Positions 1-9,702 of a DNA stretch of 33,950 nucleotides are shown one piece after another. The notes below the pieces were generated by a model. That model was given only the letters and a program-made list of their open reading frames with translations. It had not been told where the DNA came from and searched no databases. Position 1 is the first letter of the stretch. Each line of letters begins with the position of its first letter. The translations under genes and the position numbers were made by a program. Source of the stretch: Chlamydiota bacterium (GTDB lineage: Bacteria > Chlamydiota > Chlamydiia > Chlamydiales > SM23-39); NCBI GenBank assembly GCA_050049995.1, contig JASFVE010000010.1:1-33950 (forward strand). The letters are read 5' to 3'.

Positions 1-752
1 CTGAAAACTTTATTACTATTGCTGATATTATTGTAAAAAGAAAAGAGTTGTACTCGCAGATTGTTGTAGTTGTAAGTGCTATGGGAGATACAACAGATAA
101 TTTACTCTCTTTAGCTAAAAAAGTGAACCCCAACCCTCCCACTAGAGAGCAAGACATGTTGGTTTCAGTAGGGGAAAGGATAAGCATTTCTCTTCTTGCA
201 ATGGCACTATCCTTAAAAAATATTAAAGCCATCAGCTTTACAGGTTCACAGTCAGGAATTATTACTTGTGACAACCATAGCAATGCTAAAATTATTGATG
301 TGAAGCCTCATAGGATAGAAGAGTATTTAGCAAAAGGATATGTCGTGATTGTTGCAGGCTTTCAAGGTGTCTCAAAGAGCAAAGAAATCACTACGTTAGG
401 TAGGGGAGGTTCGGATACTAGTGCTGTTGCTCTAGCAGTTGCTTTAGGTTCTAAAAAGGTAGAGTTTTATAAAGATGTTGAAGGAATTTTTGATAAAGAT
501 CCTCATCAGCATAAAGAGGCTCAGCTTTTTAAGAGGCTTTCATTTGAACAAGCTTTAGATGTTGTAGGGAAAAATAGTCAGGTTTTGCATCCCAGGTGTG
601 TCCAACTGGCTATGCGAAACAATATTTCCCTTCAAATCTTGTCTTTTAAGACTCAGGAACTATCTAAAGACATTTCCACTTTAGGGACTATAATAAGTTC
701 TTTTGGGGTAAGAGAGGATAAAAAATATTTTTATGAACAAGAGGTAATTTAA
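1..752 (+). CDS. lysC: Aspartate kinase, catalytic domain only (5' end outside window)
   Basis: Frame is open from base 3 (ENFITIADII...). Motifs VVVVSAMGDTTD, GERIS, VAGFQG, TTLGRGGSDTSA, DVEGIFDKDP, VLHPRC; stops before any ACT domain. Confidence 0.88.
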   Translation, partial: ENFITIADIIVKRKELYSQIVVVVSAMGDTTDNLLSLAKKVNPNPPTREQDMLVSVGERISISLLAMALSLKNIKAISFTGSQSGIITCDNHSNAKIIDVKPHRIEEYLAKGYVVIVAGFQGVSKSKEITTLGRGGSDTSAVALAVALGSKKVEFYKDVEGIFDKDPHQHKEAQLFKRLSFEQALDVVGKNSQVLHPRCVQLAMRNNISLQILSFKTQELSKDISTLGTIISSFGVREDKKYFYEQEVI

Positions 753-777
753 AAATGGGCTGGGGGAAGTACAATTA

Positions 778-2715
778 ATGCAGATCGTAGTTGAAAATCC
801 AAGAGTAAATGCAGGTTTTAGCTCTACCTATAGCGACTCATTAAGTACATGTTATCGAGAAACAATTCAACAAATACTAAAAAAAGCACTTCCCAATAAA
901 CTTTTCTTTTCGACTGATATCTCGACGCAGATTATCCAGAAAAGACAAGCTTTTGTTCATGACTTTTTTCCTATGGTTAAATGGGATTTTCCAGAAAATA
1001 ATGCAGGATCTGTTTCTGTTGTTTTAATTTGTTCACACAGACTGAATGCAAGCAGTTTTTTTTATGACATGATTAGTCGGTTTTTAATCCCACATAAGAG
1101 ATTAAACCTGGACTTATTTTTTTCAGCGGACTTCCGATTACCAGAAATATCTGATAGCCCTTTTACTGCGGCAGAAATTAGCTTTTCTATTCAAAGCTCC
1201 CAAGAGTTGGAGGAAATCAAAAAAAGTTATCGGTCTATTGAAACAGAAATTCGATTAGGCGTTGTTTCCAATTATCATGCAAGTCGAATTTTAGAGTTTA
1301 AAGGGCTTTCTTTAGATGGTAAGACTGCAATGATCCAAGAAAAAATTGGATCATTAATTCAAAATCGTTCTAAAGAGTTTGACCGCAGCATTGTTACACA
1401 AATGCAGCATTTTCTAATAAATTGCCAAGAAGAATTCAAAAGTATAAGAGACTATCATCATATTAGCCGCATTATCTCAGTTTTACATACGCTTAGAAAG
1501 CTGTTAAACCAACAAATTACTGAGCAGCCCAATCAAAGGCATTTAATTGTTAAATTTCTAAAAACAAAAGTAAAAACAAAAACTGCTGAAAAATTTGTTT
1601 TAGGAATTATGGTTGGTTTAAATTTTTTAAGAAAAAGAGAAGTATTTGAAAAAACTCATTTAGTCAGAGCTATTAAAGATTTCTTGCCTAATGTTAAGGC
1701 AATTGATGATTCCTTTTTTTTAGATAGAAACCGAGAGAATTCCATACAGTCAGTTTATTTAGAAATCGAAAAGAAAGACGGACAAGATTTCAGCTATGAA
1801 GAAGTAAAGCTGCTTAGAAAAAATCTCCCTGAGCATTTAAAAGGTTATATTGAACATTTGATGCATCCTGTATTTATGCCGAGAAATGAAGAAGAAGTTT
1901 TAAAAAACATTATGGTTCTTTCTAAGCAACTCAAGTATGTTAATGATATTCCCCAAGTAATTATTAATTTTGAAGAACAGAAAGAAGAAGAGTTATCTTA
2001 TACAGTTATTTTATTACGGGTTTTAAACAAGCAAAGTAAACCTTTATATGACCTCTTACCCATGAATGGTGAGATTAAATTTATTTCCGAAAGAGTAAAA
2101 AAAGTGGGAGTGATCAGAAAAAAATATTACAAGGAAGCCAATGTTTTTAAAGCCTTAGTTAACAAATCGAAGTATTATCGATCCAATCTAACTTTAGATA
2201 TTCAAAGGGCAAGGCAAGATATTGCGCTAACTATCCAACAGATATTTGGAGAGATAAGGGATTACAATGGCGGGATGATTTTAAAGCAAAATGAGACATT
2301 CAATGACCTTAAAATTCATATAGGTAAACTCAGTCTTCAAAATGAACTATTTTTGGAAAAGTTTTTTTTCTCACTTTCTCCTGTAGAAATGAGGAGCCTT
2401 TTAAAGCCTGCACCTTTGAAAAACTTATTTTTTCTTTTTTTACACTGTTTAAAAAAACAAAAAAATAACGAAAGACATGGAGTGGTTGTTAAAATTCAAG
2501 AAGAGGCAGTCTATGTTGCTATGCCATCGCAAAGTATTACGAAAAACAAGTCTCTTACGGCTGCTATAGAATCATTAAAAATTGATTCTTATAGGTTGGT
2601 AGCTAGTAAATTTGATCCTTTAGAAGTTCCCTTGCAAGGGTATATTTTCTTTTCAAATAATCATGCTGAAAAGAAAAGGTTTGTACAAACATTGCAACAG
2701 TCTCTTGACTTTTGA
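778..2715 (+). CDS. Large hypothetical protein (645 aa)
   Basis: Long intact ORF in the operon; no catalytic motif recognised; contains an FMPRNEEE block. Confidence 0.7.
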   Translation: MQIVVENPRVNAGFSSTYSDSLSTCYRETIQQILKKALPNKLFFSTDISTQIIQKRQAFVHDFFPMVKWDFPENNAGSVSVVLICSHRLNASSFFYDMISRFLIPHKRLNLDLFFSADFRLPEISDSPFTAAEISFSIQSSQELEEIKKSYRSIETEIRLGVVSNYHASRILEFKGLSLDGKTAMIQEKIGSLIQNRSKEFDRSIVTQMQHFLINCQEEFKSIRDYHHISRIISVLHTLRKLLNQQITEQPNQRHLIVKFLKTKVKTKTAEKFVLGIMVGLNFLRKREVFEKTHLVRAIKDFLPNVKAIDDSFFLDRNRENSIQSVYLEIEKKDGQDFSYEEVKLLRKNLPEHLKGYIEHLMHPVFMPRNEEEVLKNIMVLSKQLKYVNDIPQVIINFEEQKEEELSYTVILLRVLNKQSKPLYDLLPMNGEIKFISERVKKVGVIRKKYYKEANVFKALVNKSKYYRSNLTLDIQRARQDIALTIQQIFGEIRDYNGGMILKQNETFNDLKIHIGKLSLQNELFLEKFFFSLSPVEMRSLLKPAPLKNLFFLFLHCLKKQKNNERHGVVVKIQEEAVYVAMPSQSITKNKSLTAAIESLKIDSYRLVASKFDPLEVPLQGYIFFSNNHAEKKRFVQTLQQSLDF

Positions 2716-2764
2716 TAGAAGCATCAGAAAATATAAGGATGTTTCAAACGAAAAAGAAAATTTC

Positions 2765-3463
2765 ATGGCTAAAAAAAATATTCTTATAGCCCCTTCCATT
2801 TTATCTGCAGATTTTGGCCATCTTGCTGAAGAATCAAAAAAATTGGAAGAGGCTGGAGCAAATATGATTCATATTGATATAATGGATGGTCATTTTGTTC
2901 CTAATCTTACCTTAGGCCCTAAAGCAGTTGCTGCAATTAATAAAGCTACAAAGCTATTTCTGGACGTCCACATTATGGTTTATCAACCATTTGAATATGT
3001 AGAAAGGCTTGTTGAATCTGGTGCTGATAGAATAACGTTTCATTTTGAAGCAACAGAAGATGTAGAGGATACTCTCAATTTCATCCGTAAATGTAACTGT
3101 GAGGCTGGACTTGCTTTTCGGCCTGAAACAAGTCGCGAGTTTATTCCAAAGTATTTAGATAAATGCGATTTGATTCTCCTAATGACGGTATCACCGGGGT
3201 TTGGAGGGCAAAAATTTATGCATGATGTGTTAGAAAAGGTTAAATTCACAAGAGACTGGATTGATAGCAAAAACATTCGTAAACATGGCAAAGTAGGTTC
3301 AAATTCTATGCCTCCTTTTGATATTCAAGTTGACGGAGGAGTTAATTTAGAAACAGCAGAGCTTTCTGTTGAGGCTGGTGCTAATGTATTAGTTGCTGGA
3401 ACCTATCTTTTTCAGCAGCCAGACATGTCCTTAGCTATTAAACATCTAAAAGAAGTAAAGTAA
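2765..3463 (+). CDS. rpe: Ribulose-phosphate 3-epimerase
   Basis: IAPSILSADF, HIDIMDGHFVPN, DVHIMV, MTVSPGFGGQKF, VDGG motifs. Start moved to ATG 2765 (MAKKNILIAPS) to avoid overlap with the upstream gene. Confidence 0.95.
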   Translation: MAKKNILIAPSILSADFGHLAEESKKLEEAGANMIHIDIMDGHFVPNLTLGPKAVAAINKATKLFLDVHIMVYQPFEYVERLVESGADRITFHFEATEDVEDTLNFIRKCNCEAGLAFRPETSREFIPKYLDKCDLILLMTVSPGFGGQKFMHDVLEKVKFTRDWIDSKNIRKHGKVGSNSMPPFDIQVDGGVNLETAELSVEAGANVLVAGTYLFQQPDMSLAIKHLKEVK

Positions 3464-3467
3464 AGAT

Positions 3468-4433
3468 ATGAAAAAAGTTGTTGTAATCGGCGGCGGGACA
3501 GGAAATTTTGTCGTTTTAAGGGGTCTTAAAAAATATGAAGTTGATCTTACAGCAATAGTTTCCATGGCAGATGATGGGGGAAGTACGGGAATACTGCGTG
3601 ATGATTTAGGGGTATTGCCGCCGGGAGATGTGAGGCAATGTTTAGTTGCGTTGTCTGATTCGAGCAGGCTTATGCGTAGTTTGATGAACTACCGTTTTAA
3701 GAATGGCAACCTAGGAGGTCACAGTTTTGGTAACCTACTTCTTTCAGCTCTGGAAAAAGTAACGGGAAGTTTTGAAAAAGCGGTCGAAGAGGCCGCTCGT
3801 ATTTTATATATAAAAGGCAAGGTCATCCCAGTTACCATCCATCAAACCCGCTTAAAGATGATTCTTAATAACCGGAAAATCTTGGAAGGAGAAAGAGAAA
3901 TCTATCTTTCCCAGGAAATTGATCGTGGATATAAAAGCATATATCTAGAGCCCTATCCGAAAGTTAACCCTAGAGTAATTACCGAAATAAAAAACTCTGA
4001 TGTAATAGTTATTGGTCCAGGAGGATTGCATACCTCTTTGATTCCAAATCTTCTAGTACAAGGAGTAAGTAAAGCTCTGCAAGAGACGCAGGCAAAAAAA
4101 GTTTTCATTGTTAACTTAATGAATAGAAAAGGGCAGACAACAGGCTATAAAGTTAGCGATTATTTAAAAGAAATAGCGCAGTTTAGCCATCCTAACATTT
4201 TTGATTACATCATTGTAAATACCAAAAAACCGCCAGAAGATCTTATTAAAGCCTATTCTGATGAAGGCGATCTCGTGGAAAATGATTTAGATGACCCAAG
4301 GATTGTTTTTGCGGACGTTATAGGAGATGCTGTAGAACAGCCAAAAGGGGATATTCTTATTAAAAGGAATCTTATTCGTCACGACTCAAAAAAACTTGCA
4401 AATGAGATTATGAAAATTGTTAATTATCTTTGA
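3468..4433 (+). CDS. YvcK/GlmR (UPF0052, CofD-like) family protein
   Basis: VVIGGGTG, ADDGGSTGILR, LPPGDVRQCL, GHSFGNL, IGPGGLHTSLIPNL, RHDSKKLA motifs. Confidence 0.9.
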   Translation: MKKVVVIGGGTGNFVVLRGLKKYEVDLTAIVSMADDGGSTGILRDDLGVLPPGDVRQCLVALSDSSRLMRSLMNYRFKNGNLGGHSFGNLLLSALEKVTGSFEKAVEEAARILYIKGKVIPVTIHQTRLKMILNNRKILEGEREIYLSQEIDRGYKSIYLEPYPKVNPRVITEIKNSDVIVIGPGGLHTSLIPNLLVQGVSKALQETQAKKVFIVNLMNRKGQTTGYKVSDYLKEIAQFSHPNIFDYIIVNTKKPPEDLIKAYSDEGDLVENDLDDPRIVFADVIGDAVEQPKGDILIKRNLIRHDSKKLANEIMKIVNYL

Positions 4434-5082
4434 TTTAGATGACACACTAGTCGATACTAGCGGAACTTTAACGCCAAGTCAGCTTAAATGTTCTTTGGAA
4501 GCTATGATTGAAGAAGGGTTGGTAGTTAAAAATTTTAATGATGCTTTATTGTATCTTCATAAAATTGACAAGCACACTGCCAGCGCAAAAGAAACTATAA
4601 AACTTTTTTTAAAATCTTATTGTGATGACATAAGTTTTTTTGAAACTGGTATTAAAAAAATTTATCATGATTTACCGGAAAATTTCAATATTCTCCCCTT
4701 GCCGGGTGTAAAGAATATTCTTGAAACTTTAAGGAAACAACATCATTTAGCCATAGTCTCCAGCGGTAAGGAAAAATTTCAATTTTTAAAATTGAAAAAA
4801 GCTGGAATTGAACCCTCCATTTTTACTAAAATAGTTGTCACACCGAATGCTGAAAAAAAACCACACTATAAAAATCTTTTAGAGGAATTTAAAACAAACT
4901 CTAACCAATCGCTGGTGTGTGGGGATAAGGTGTTAGTTGATCTTTTACCTGCTAAAGAGCTGGGTATACATACTGTACACATGCTATGGGGTAGGGGGAA
5001 GAATCAGACTACTGGCAAACAATGGGCTGATTATACTATTAATGAGTTGCCGGAAATTTTAAAAATTATTGAGGAATTATGA
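4417..5082 (+). CDS. HAD-superfamily hydrolase
   Basis: FDLDDTL motif I, VSSG motif II, KKP and GDKVLVDL motifs III/IV. Confidence 0.88.
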   Translation: MLIIFDLDDTLVDTSGTLTPSQLKCSLEAMIEEGLVVKNFNDALLYLHKIDKHTASAKETIKLFLKSYCDDISFFETGIKKIYHDLPENFNILPLPGVKNILETLRKQHHLAIVSSGKEKFQFLKLKKAGIEPSIFTKIVVTPNAEKKPHYKNLLEEFKTNSNQSLVCGDKVLVDLLPAKELGIHTVHMLWGRGKNQTTGKQWADYTINELPEILKIIEEL

Positions 5083-5636
5083 CAACAACCAATCAGATCA
5101 CTCCAGGGATGACTCTCGATATGGACGGAAAAATTTATCGAGTCGAATCAAGTGTGAAGGTCTCAGTGCCTAAAGGTTCTCCGATCATTAAGGCGAAATT
5201 AAGAGATTTGCTCACAGATCAGATGATTGAAAAGAATTTTAAATTAAATCAACCGATAGTAGAAATTTCTTTAGAGGAGCACCAGTTAGAGTTTCTATAT
5301 CCAGAGAAGAAAAGTTTTTTGTTTTTAGACATTGCTAACTTGGAACAAATCATGGTACCTGGCGATATTTTAGGTGATAAAATCAATTACTTAAAAGAAG
5401 GTATTGCGGTAAAGGCGGTTCTCTATAAAGATACAATCTTTTCTTTAGAGCTTCCTCAATTTCTTGAGCTGATGGTAATAAAAACAGAGTCAACAGAAGA
5501 GGCTATGGCTGTATCTAGCTCAACTAAAAAAGCTACTTTAGAAACTGGGGCAAATGTGGATGTACCACTTTTTATTGAAACAGGTGATGTGGTCAAAGTG
5601 GACACCCAGTCAAATGAATACATTCAAAGAGTTTAA
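5079..5636 (+). CDS. efp: Elongation factor P (paralogue with atypical loop)
   Basis: 185 aa with KKATLETG..VPLFIETGD.VKVDT..EY..RV C-terminus; directly upstream of accB. Confidence 0.9.
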   Translation: MTTTNQITPGMTLDMDGKIYRVESSVKVSVPKGSPIIKAKLRDLLTDQMIEKNFKLNQPIVEISLEEHQLEFLYPEKKSFLFLDIANLEQIMVPGDILGDKINYLKEGIAVKAVLYKDTIFSLELPQFLELMVIKTESTEEAMAVSSSTKKATLETGANVDVPLFIETGDVVKVDTQSNEYIQRV

Positions 5637-5652
5637 TTAAGGGGAGGAATTC

Positions 5653-6099
5653 GTGAAAATAGACGATATTCAAAGAATAATGAAGCTTCTTGAGGAAAGT
5701 AAACTTGAGAAGATGGTTATTAAACATGAGGATTTCGAGCTGCACTTAGAAAAACCTTCTAACAATGCGCAGCCGGCAACAATTGTTCAGCCGCAAATTC
5801 AACATGAACCTCAACAGCCTGCTGCTTTGCCAAATCAAAGTGCTACTGCAGTGGAGGAGATTAAAGGTTCTATGATTGAGTCTCCTATGGTAGGTACGTT
5901 TTATGCCTCACCAGGACCTGACCAGGCTGCTTTTGTAAAAGTAGGTGATAAAGTATCAGAAGATACAGTTGTCTGCATTGTTGAGGCAATGAAAGTCATG
6001 AACGAGGTAAAAGCAGGCATTAGTGGTGTTGTTCAAGAGATTTTAGTGGATAATGCAGAGCCTGTTGAGTATGGAACTCCTCTTTTTAGAGTCACTTAA
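5653..6099 (+). CDS. accB: Acetyl-CoA carboxylase biotin carboxyl carrier protein
   Basis: SPMVGTFY and EAMKVMNE biotinylation motif; GTG start with GGAGG RBS. Confidence 0.96.
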   Translation: MKIDDIQRIMKLLEESKLEKMVIKHEDFELHLEKPSNNAQPATIVQPQIQHEPQQPAALPNQSATAVEEIKGSMIESPMVGTFYASPGPDQAAFVKVGDKVSEDTVVCIVEAMKVMNEVKAGISGVVQEILVDNAEPVEYGTPLFRVT

Positions 6100-6111
6100 A
6101 GTGTTGTTGTT

Positions 6112-7479
6112 ATGAAGAAAGTACTAATAGCTAATCGCGGCGAGATTGCTGTCCGAATTATTAGAGCCTGTCATGATCTTGGCTTGCAGACTGTTGCTGT
6201 TTATTCAGAAGCAGATGCAGAGTCCTTGCATGTTCTCTTGGCAGACGAGGCAATATGTATTGGAGCCCCTCAAGCTGCTAAGTCATATTTAAAAATTCCT
6301 AATATCATTTCAGCTTGTGAAATTACAGATGCAGATGCAGTACATCCTGGCTATGGTTTCTTAAGTGAGAATGCTAACTTTGCTTCTATATGCGAAAGTT
6401 CTGGTCTTGTTTTTATCGGGCCAGACTCTAAGACTATTTCCTCATTGGGAGATAAAGCGAATGCAAAAGCCTTAGCTAAAAGTGCAAAATGTCCTGTCAT
6501 CCCAGGTTCGGACGGTATTGTAGCTGATGTTAATGAAGGTTTGAAAGAAGCTATTAAAATTGGCTTCCCTATTTTTATTAAAGCCTCAGCAGGTGGCGGT
6601 GGAAAGGGGATTAGAATAGCTGTAAATGAAGAAGATTTTGTGAAGAAATTCTCTGCTGCTAAACAGGAAGCAGAAGCAAGTTTTGGCAATCCCGATATCT
6701 ACATAGAAAAGATGATTGTGAATCCTCGCCATATTGAGATTCAAGTAATTGGTGATAAACATGGTAATTATGTTCACTTAGGTGAAAGGGATTGCACTAT
6801 TCAAAGAAGAAGGCAAAAGTTAATAGAAGAAAGCCCAAGTCCTGTGCTGTCTCCAGCTATCAGGAAGAAAATGGGGCAAGCTGCCATAAATATTGTTAAG
6901 GCTGCGAAGTATCACTCTGCTGGAACTGTCGAGTTCTTATTAGATGATAAGAAGAACTTTTACTTTATGGAAGTTAATACTCGTATTCAAGTAGAACATA
7001 CTGTCTCTGAAGAACTAACAGGTGTTGATTTAGTAAGGGAGCAGATTCGTGTCGCCATGGGGGAGAAACTTTCCTTTAGGCAAAAAGATATACATTTTGA
7101 CTGTCATGTCATTCAATGCAGAATTAATGCAGAAAATCCTAAGAACAACTTTTCTCCATCACCCGGTAAGTTGAAATATTATATTCCTCCGGGGGGACCC
7201 CATGTTAGAATCGATTCTGCATGCTATAATGGCTGCATGGTTTCGCCTTATTATGATTCAATGATTGCCAAACTCATTGTGAAGGGTAAATCTCGTAAAG
7301 ATGCCATTGCTAAACTTAAGCGGGCGCTTCGCGAGTTTCATATTATGGGCGTAGATTCAACTATTCCTTTCCATCGTTTTATGTTGGAAAATGAAAGATT
7401 CTTAAAAAACGATTATTGCTTGGATTTTATAGATTCGCTTACAGAACAAGGATGCACCTTTACTCTTGATGATGAATAA
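6112..7479 (+). CDS. accC: Acetyl-CoA carboxylase biotin carboxylase
   Basis: ANRGEIA, HPGYGFLSEN, GGGGKG, ERDCTIQRR, EVNTRIQVEH, YYDSMIAKL motifs. Confidence 0.97.
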   Translation: MKKVLIANRGEIAVRIIRACHDLGLQTVAVYSEADAESLHVLLADEAICIGAPQAAKSYLKIPNIISACEITDADAVHPGYGFLSENANFASICESSGLVFIGPDSKTISSLGDKANAKALAKSAKCPVIPGSDGIVADVNEGLKEAIKIGFPIFIKASAGGGGKGIRIAVNEEDFVKKFSAAKQEAEASFGNPDIYIEKMIVNPRHIEIQVIGDKHGNYVHLGERDCTIQRRRQKLIEESPSPVLSPAIRKKMGQAAINIVKAAKYHSAGTVEFLLDDKKNFYFMEVNTRIQVEHTVSEELTGVDLVREQIRVAMGEKLSFRQKDIHFDCHVIQCRINAENPKNNFSPSPGKLKYYIPPGGPHVRIDSACYNGCMVSPYYDSMIAKLIVKGKSRKDAIAKLKRALREFHIMGVDSTIPFHRFMLENERFLKNDYCLDFIDSLTEQGCTFTLDDE

Positions 7480-7993
7480 TCTTGAGCTATTACATTCTTC
7501 CCAAGAAATTGAACAAGCAATTTGCCAAATAGCTGCCACTTTAAACGAAATCTATAAAGATAAGGATCCTATTATTATAGGCGTATTAAAGGGCTCTATT
7601 TGCTTTGTTTCTGATCTTATTAGGAAACTTTCGTTTCCTTTTACTTTAGAATTTATCAGAGCCAAGAGTTATGGTCTTAGGGGAGATAAACCACAAGAAG
7701 TGACCGTTGAAGGAGTCGATTTTGATATATCACGTAAAGATGTAATTGTAATTGATGATATATTTGATCGTGGAGAGACTTTGCATAAAATTATAGATGA
7801 ACTAAATAAACATCATCCCTCTTCCATAAAAAGTGTTCTGCTTCTTCGCAAAAAATCAAAAAAAATGACTTTTCTCGAACCTGACTATACGCTGCTTGAT
7901 ATAGAAGATAAGTTTGTTATAGGTTATGGTCTTGATTATAAAGAGCACTATCGAGGCCTAGACGGTATTTATGCTTTCAAAAGCATTCCTTAA
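7472..7993 (+). CDS. hpt: Hypoxanthine phosphoribosyltransferase
   Basis: GVLKGS, VIDDIFDRGETL PRPP-binding motif, FVIGYGLDY..YRGL. Start could be 7466, 7469 or 7472. Confidence 0.92.
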   Translation: MNNLELLHSSQEIEQAICQIAATLNEIYKDKDPIIIGVLKGSICFVSDLIRKLSFPFTLEFIRAKSYGLRGDKPQEVTVEGVDFDISRKDVIVIDDIFDRGETLHKIIDELNKHHPSSIKSVLLLRKKSKKMTFLEPDYTLLDIEDKFVIGYGLDYKEHYRGLDGIYAFKSIP

Positions 7994-8892
7994 ACCATCT
8001 TTTTGCGAGCTTTTTTACGAGATCCAATCTTTCCTTTTTTTCTACCGTAAGCAATCTCGTGTAAGTTTTCTACAGACATGAATGCCTGCGGATCTTCCCG
8101 TAAGACAATTTCTTTTAGTTCAGCTAAGTCAAGTCTCTCAACGATGACTAGTAATACGTCTCTGTCTTCTCCAGAAAAGCCTCCTTTTCCTTTGATAACA
8201 GTTAAGCCTAAACCTAACTCATGCATAATGATTTTACTAATTTTATCAGGTATAGAAGAAAGTATCATGACTGATTTCATCTCATCTAAGCCTGCTATAA
8301 CCATATCCATCATTTTGACAGCCACAATGTAGGTCATCAAAGATTGAAGGGCTATATGCCAGTCTTTAAAGATCAGTCCATAAGCTGCAAAAATGAAAAT
8401 GTTAATAAACAAGACAACTTGTCCAACAGTAAAACCTTTCTTTCGATTAATAAGAATGGCTAAAATTTCTGTTCCATCTGTACAGCCGCCATTCCTAATA
8501 ATTAAGCCTACTCCTGCACCTAAAATAGCACCTCCAAAGACAATTACTTCAAGCATGTCGGCATCAAAAGGAGGAACACGTTCTAAAAGGCCTAGGAAAA
8601 CGGCAAAGATTACAACAGCAAATAGCATTTGAATGACAAAAGACTTTCTAATGGACCGATAAGCTAGGTAAATAAAAGGGATGTTAAAAATAACTAGAAA
8701 GAAAGGAAGCATTGAGCTGCCAAATAGTCTAGCGCAGATCAGAGATATACCAATTACTCCGCCGTCAATCAACTTATTGGGATATAAGAAAACTTGAATG
8801 GATAAAGCTGCTAAAAAAGCACCTAGAGTCATCCATGCCACATTGATGAAGTATTGCTTGTAAGATTTAGGGGAAGCGATACTTTTTACCAT
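7990..8892 (-). CDS. YitT/UPF0750 family membrane protein
   Basis: LIDGGVIGIS, NIPF, GGCTDGTEILA, DPQAF motifs and multiple TM segments. Start moved to ATG 8892 because the longer ORF runs into tRNA-Asp. Confidence 0.9.
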   Translation of the reverse strand: MVKSIASPKSYKQYFINVAWMTLGAFLAALSIQVFLYPNKLIDGGVIGISLICARLFGSSMLPFFLVIFNIPFIYLAYRSIRKSFVIQMLFAVVIFAVFLGLLERVPPFDADMLEVIVFGGAILGAGVGLIIRNGGCTDGTEILAILINRKKGFTVGQVVLFINIFIFAAYGLIFKDWHIALQSLMTYIVAVKMMDMVIAGLDEMKSVMILSSIPDKISKIIMHELGLGLTVIKGKGGFSGEDRDVLLVIVERLDLAELKEIVLREDPQAFMSVENLHEIAYGRKKGKIGSRKKARKKMV

Positions 8893-8915
8893 GGCGAAAA
8901 TCTCTAAGTGTTTAA

Positions 8916-8945
8916 GAAAAATGACCGCCTGACAGTGCAGGCGGC
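8916..8945 (-). terminator. Intrinsic terminator after tRNA-Val/Asp
   Basis: Minus strand GCCGCCTG-cactgt-CAGGCGGT followed by CATTTTT. Confidence 0.7.
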
Positions 8946-8949
8946 TATT

Positions 8950-9023
8950 CGCGGGAGACGAGACTCGAACTCGCAACTTCCGGCGTGACAGGCCGGTGCT
9001 CTAACCAATTGAACTACTCCCGC
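8950..9023 (-). tRNA. tRNA-Asp(GTC)
   Basis: Reverse complement GCGGGAGTAGTTCAATTGGTTAGAGCACCGGCCT-GTC-ACGCCGGAAGTTGCGAGTTCGAGTCTCGTCTCCCGCG folds as a cloverleaf; no encoded CCA. Confidence 0.96.
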
Positions 9024-9035
9024 ATGAGTAATTCA

Positions 9036-9108
9036 TGGGCGCAACAGGACTCGAACCTATGACCGCCTGTGTGTAAGACAGGAGCTCTACCAGCTGAGCT
9101 ATACGCCC
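9036..9108 (-). tRNA. tRNA-Val(TAC)
   Basis: Reverse complement GGGCGTATAGCTCAGCTGGTAGAGCTCCTGTCT-TAC-ACACAGGCGGTCATAGGTTCGAGTCCTGTTGCGCCCA. Confidence 0.96.
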
Positions 9109-9327
9109 TAAAGAGATGACTAATCTATCGTATAAAGGGAATTATTCACAAGGTTTTTTAACCAATGGTTACAAAATTGGTGAATATTTTTAGTTGTGCT
9201 CATTTTTTGGTAAAAAAATTAGGTTTTTAAAAATATTTTTTATGCAAACTGTGGCGTTTAACTGCGCTTGATTTAATTGATGAAAGTTTATAATAAGGAG
9301 CTTTCAAAAGTTACAATGGTTATTTCC

Positions 9328-9702
9328 ATGAAAAAGATGCATCTTTTATTTATTCTGTTGTTAACTGCCTGTCGTCCTTCTACGAGTGAAGATTTTCAGT
9401 CTGAAGGAAAAGCTTGGATGAGATCTTATGTAAAAGAGTTAAAAGAAATTAAAACTTTAGAAGACTTAAACAAGAAGCAAGCGTTTATACAAAAAAAGTA
9501 TAACCAGCTTGCTGAGCTTATCTTGCTAGTAAATTTAAAAGAGCCTCAGCAAGAACTAGAGGTAATTGAAGGCATTGAAAGCAAAGAGCTTCATTCAGAG
9601 CTAATGAGAATTTATCTCATTCCTGGTGCAAAAGAAGTTATTACCAGTATTCAGCTTGAGACTCTTAAAAAATTAAATGGTATCGACAGGCGGATTGAAT
9701 AG
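9328..9702 (+). CDS. Hypothetical lipoprotein
   Basis: From ATG 9328: MKKMHLLFILLLTA-C signal peptide with lipobox. Confidence 0.7.
   Translation: MKKMHLLFILLLTACRPSTSEDFQSEGKAWMRSYVKELKEIKTLEDLNKKQAFIQKKYNQLAELILLVNLKEPQQELEVIEGIESKELHSELMRIYLIPGAKEVITSIQLETLKKLNGIDRRIE

Noticed and set aside
2663..2764. N-terminal extension of rpe
   Set aside because: It overlaps the upstream gene, and Rpe similarity starts only after ATG 2765.
8893..8976. N-terminal extension of the YitT ORF
   Set aside because: It overlaps tRNA-Asp and its terminator; ATG 8892 is the better start.
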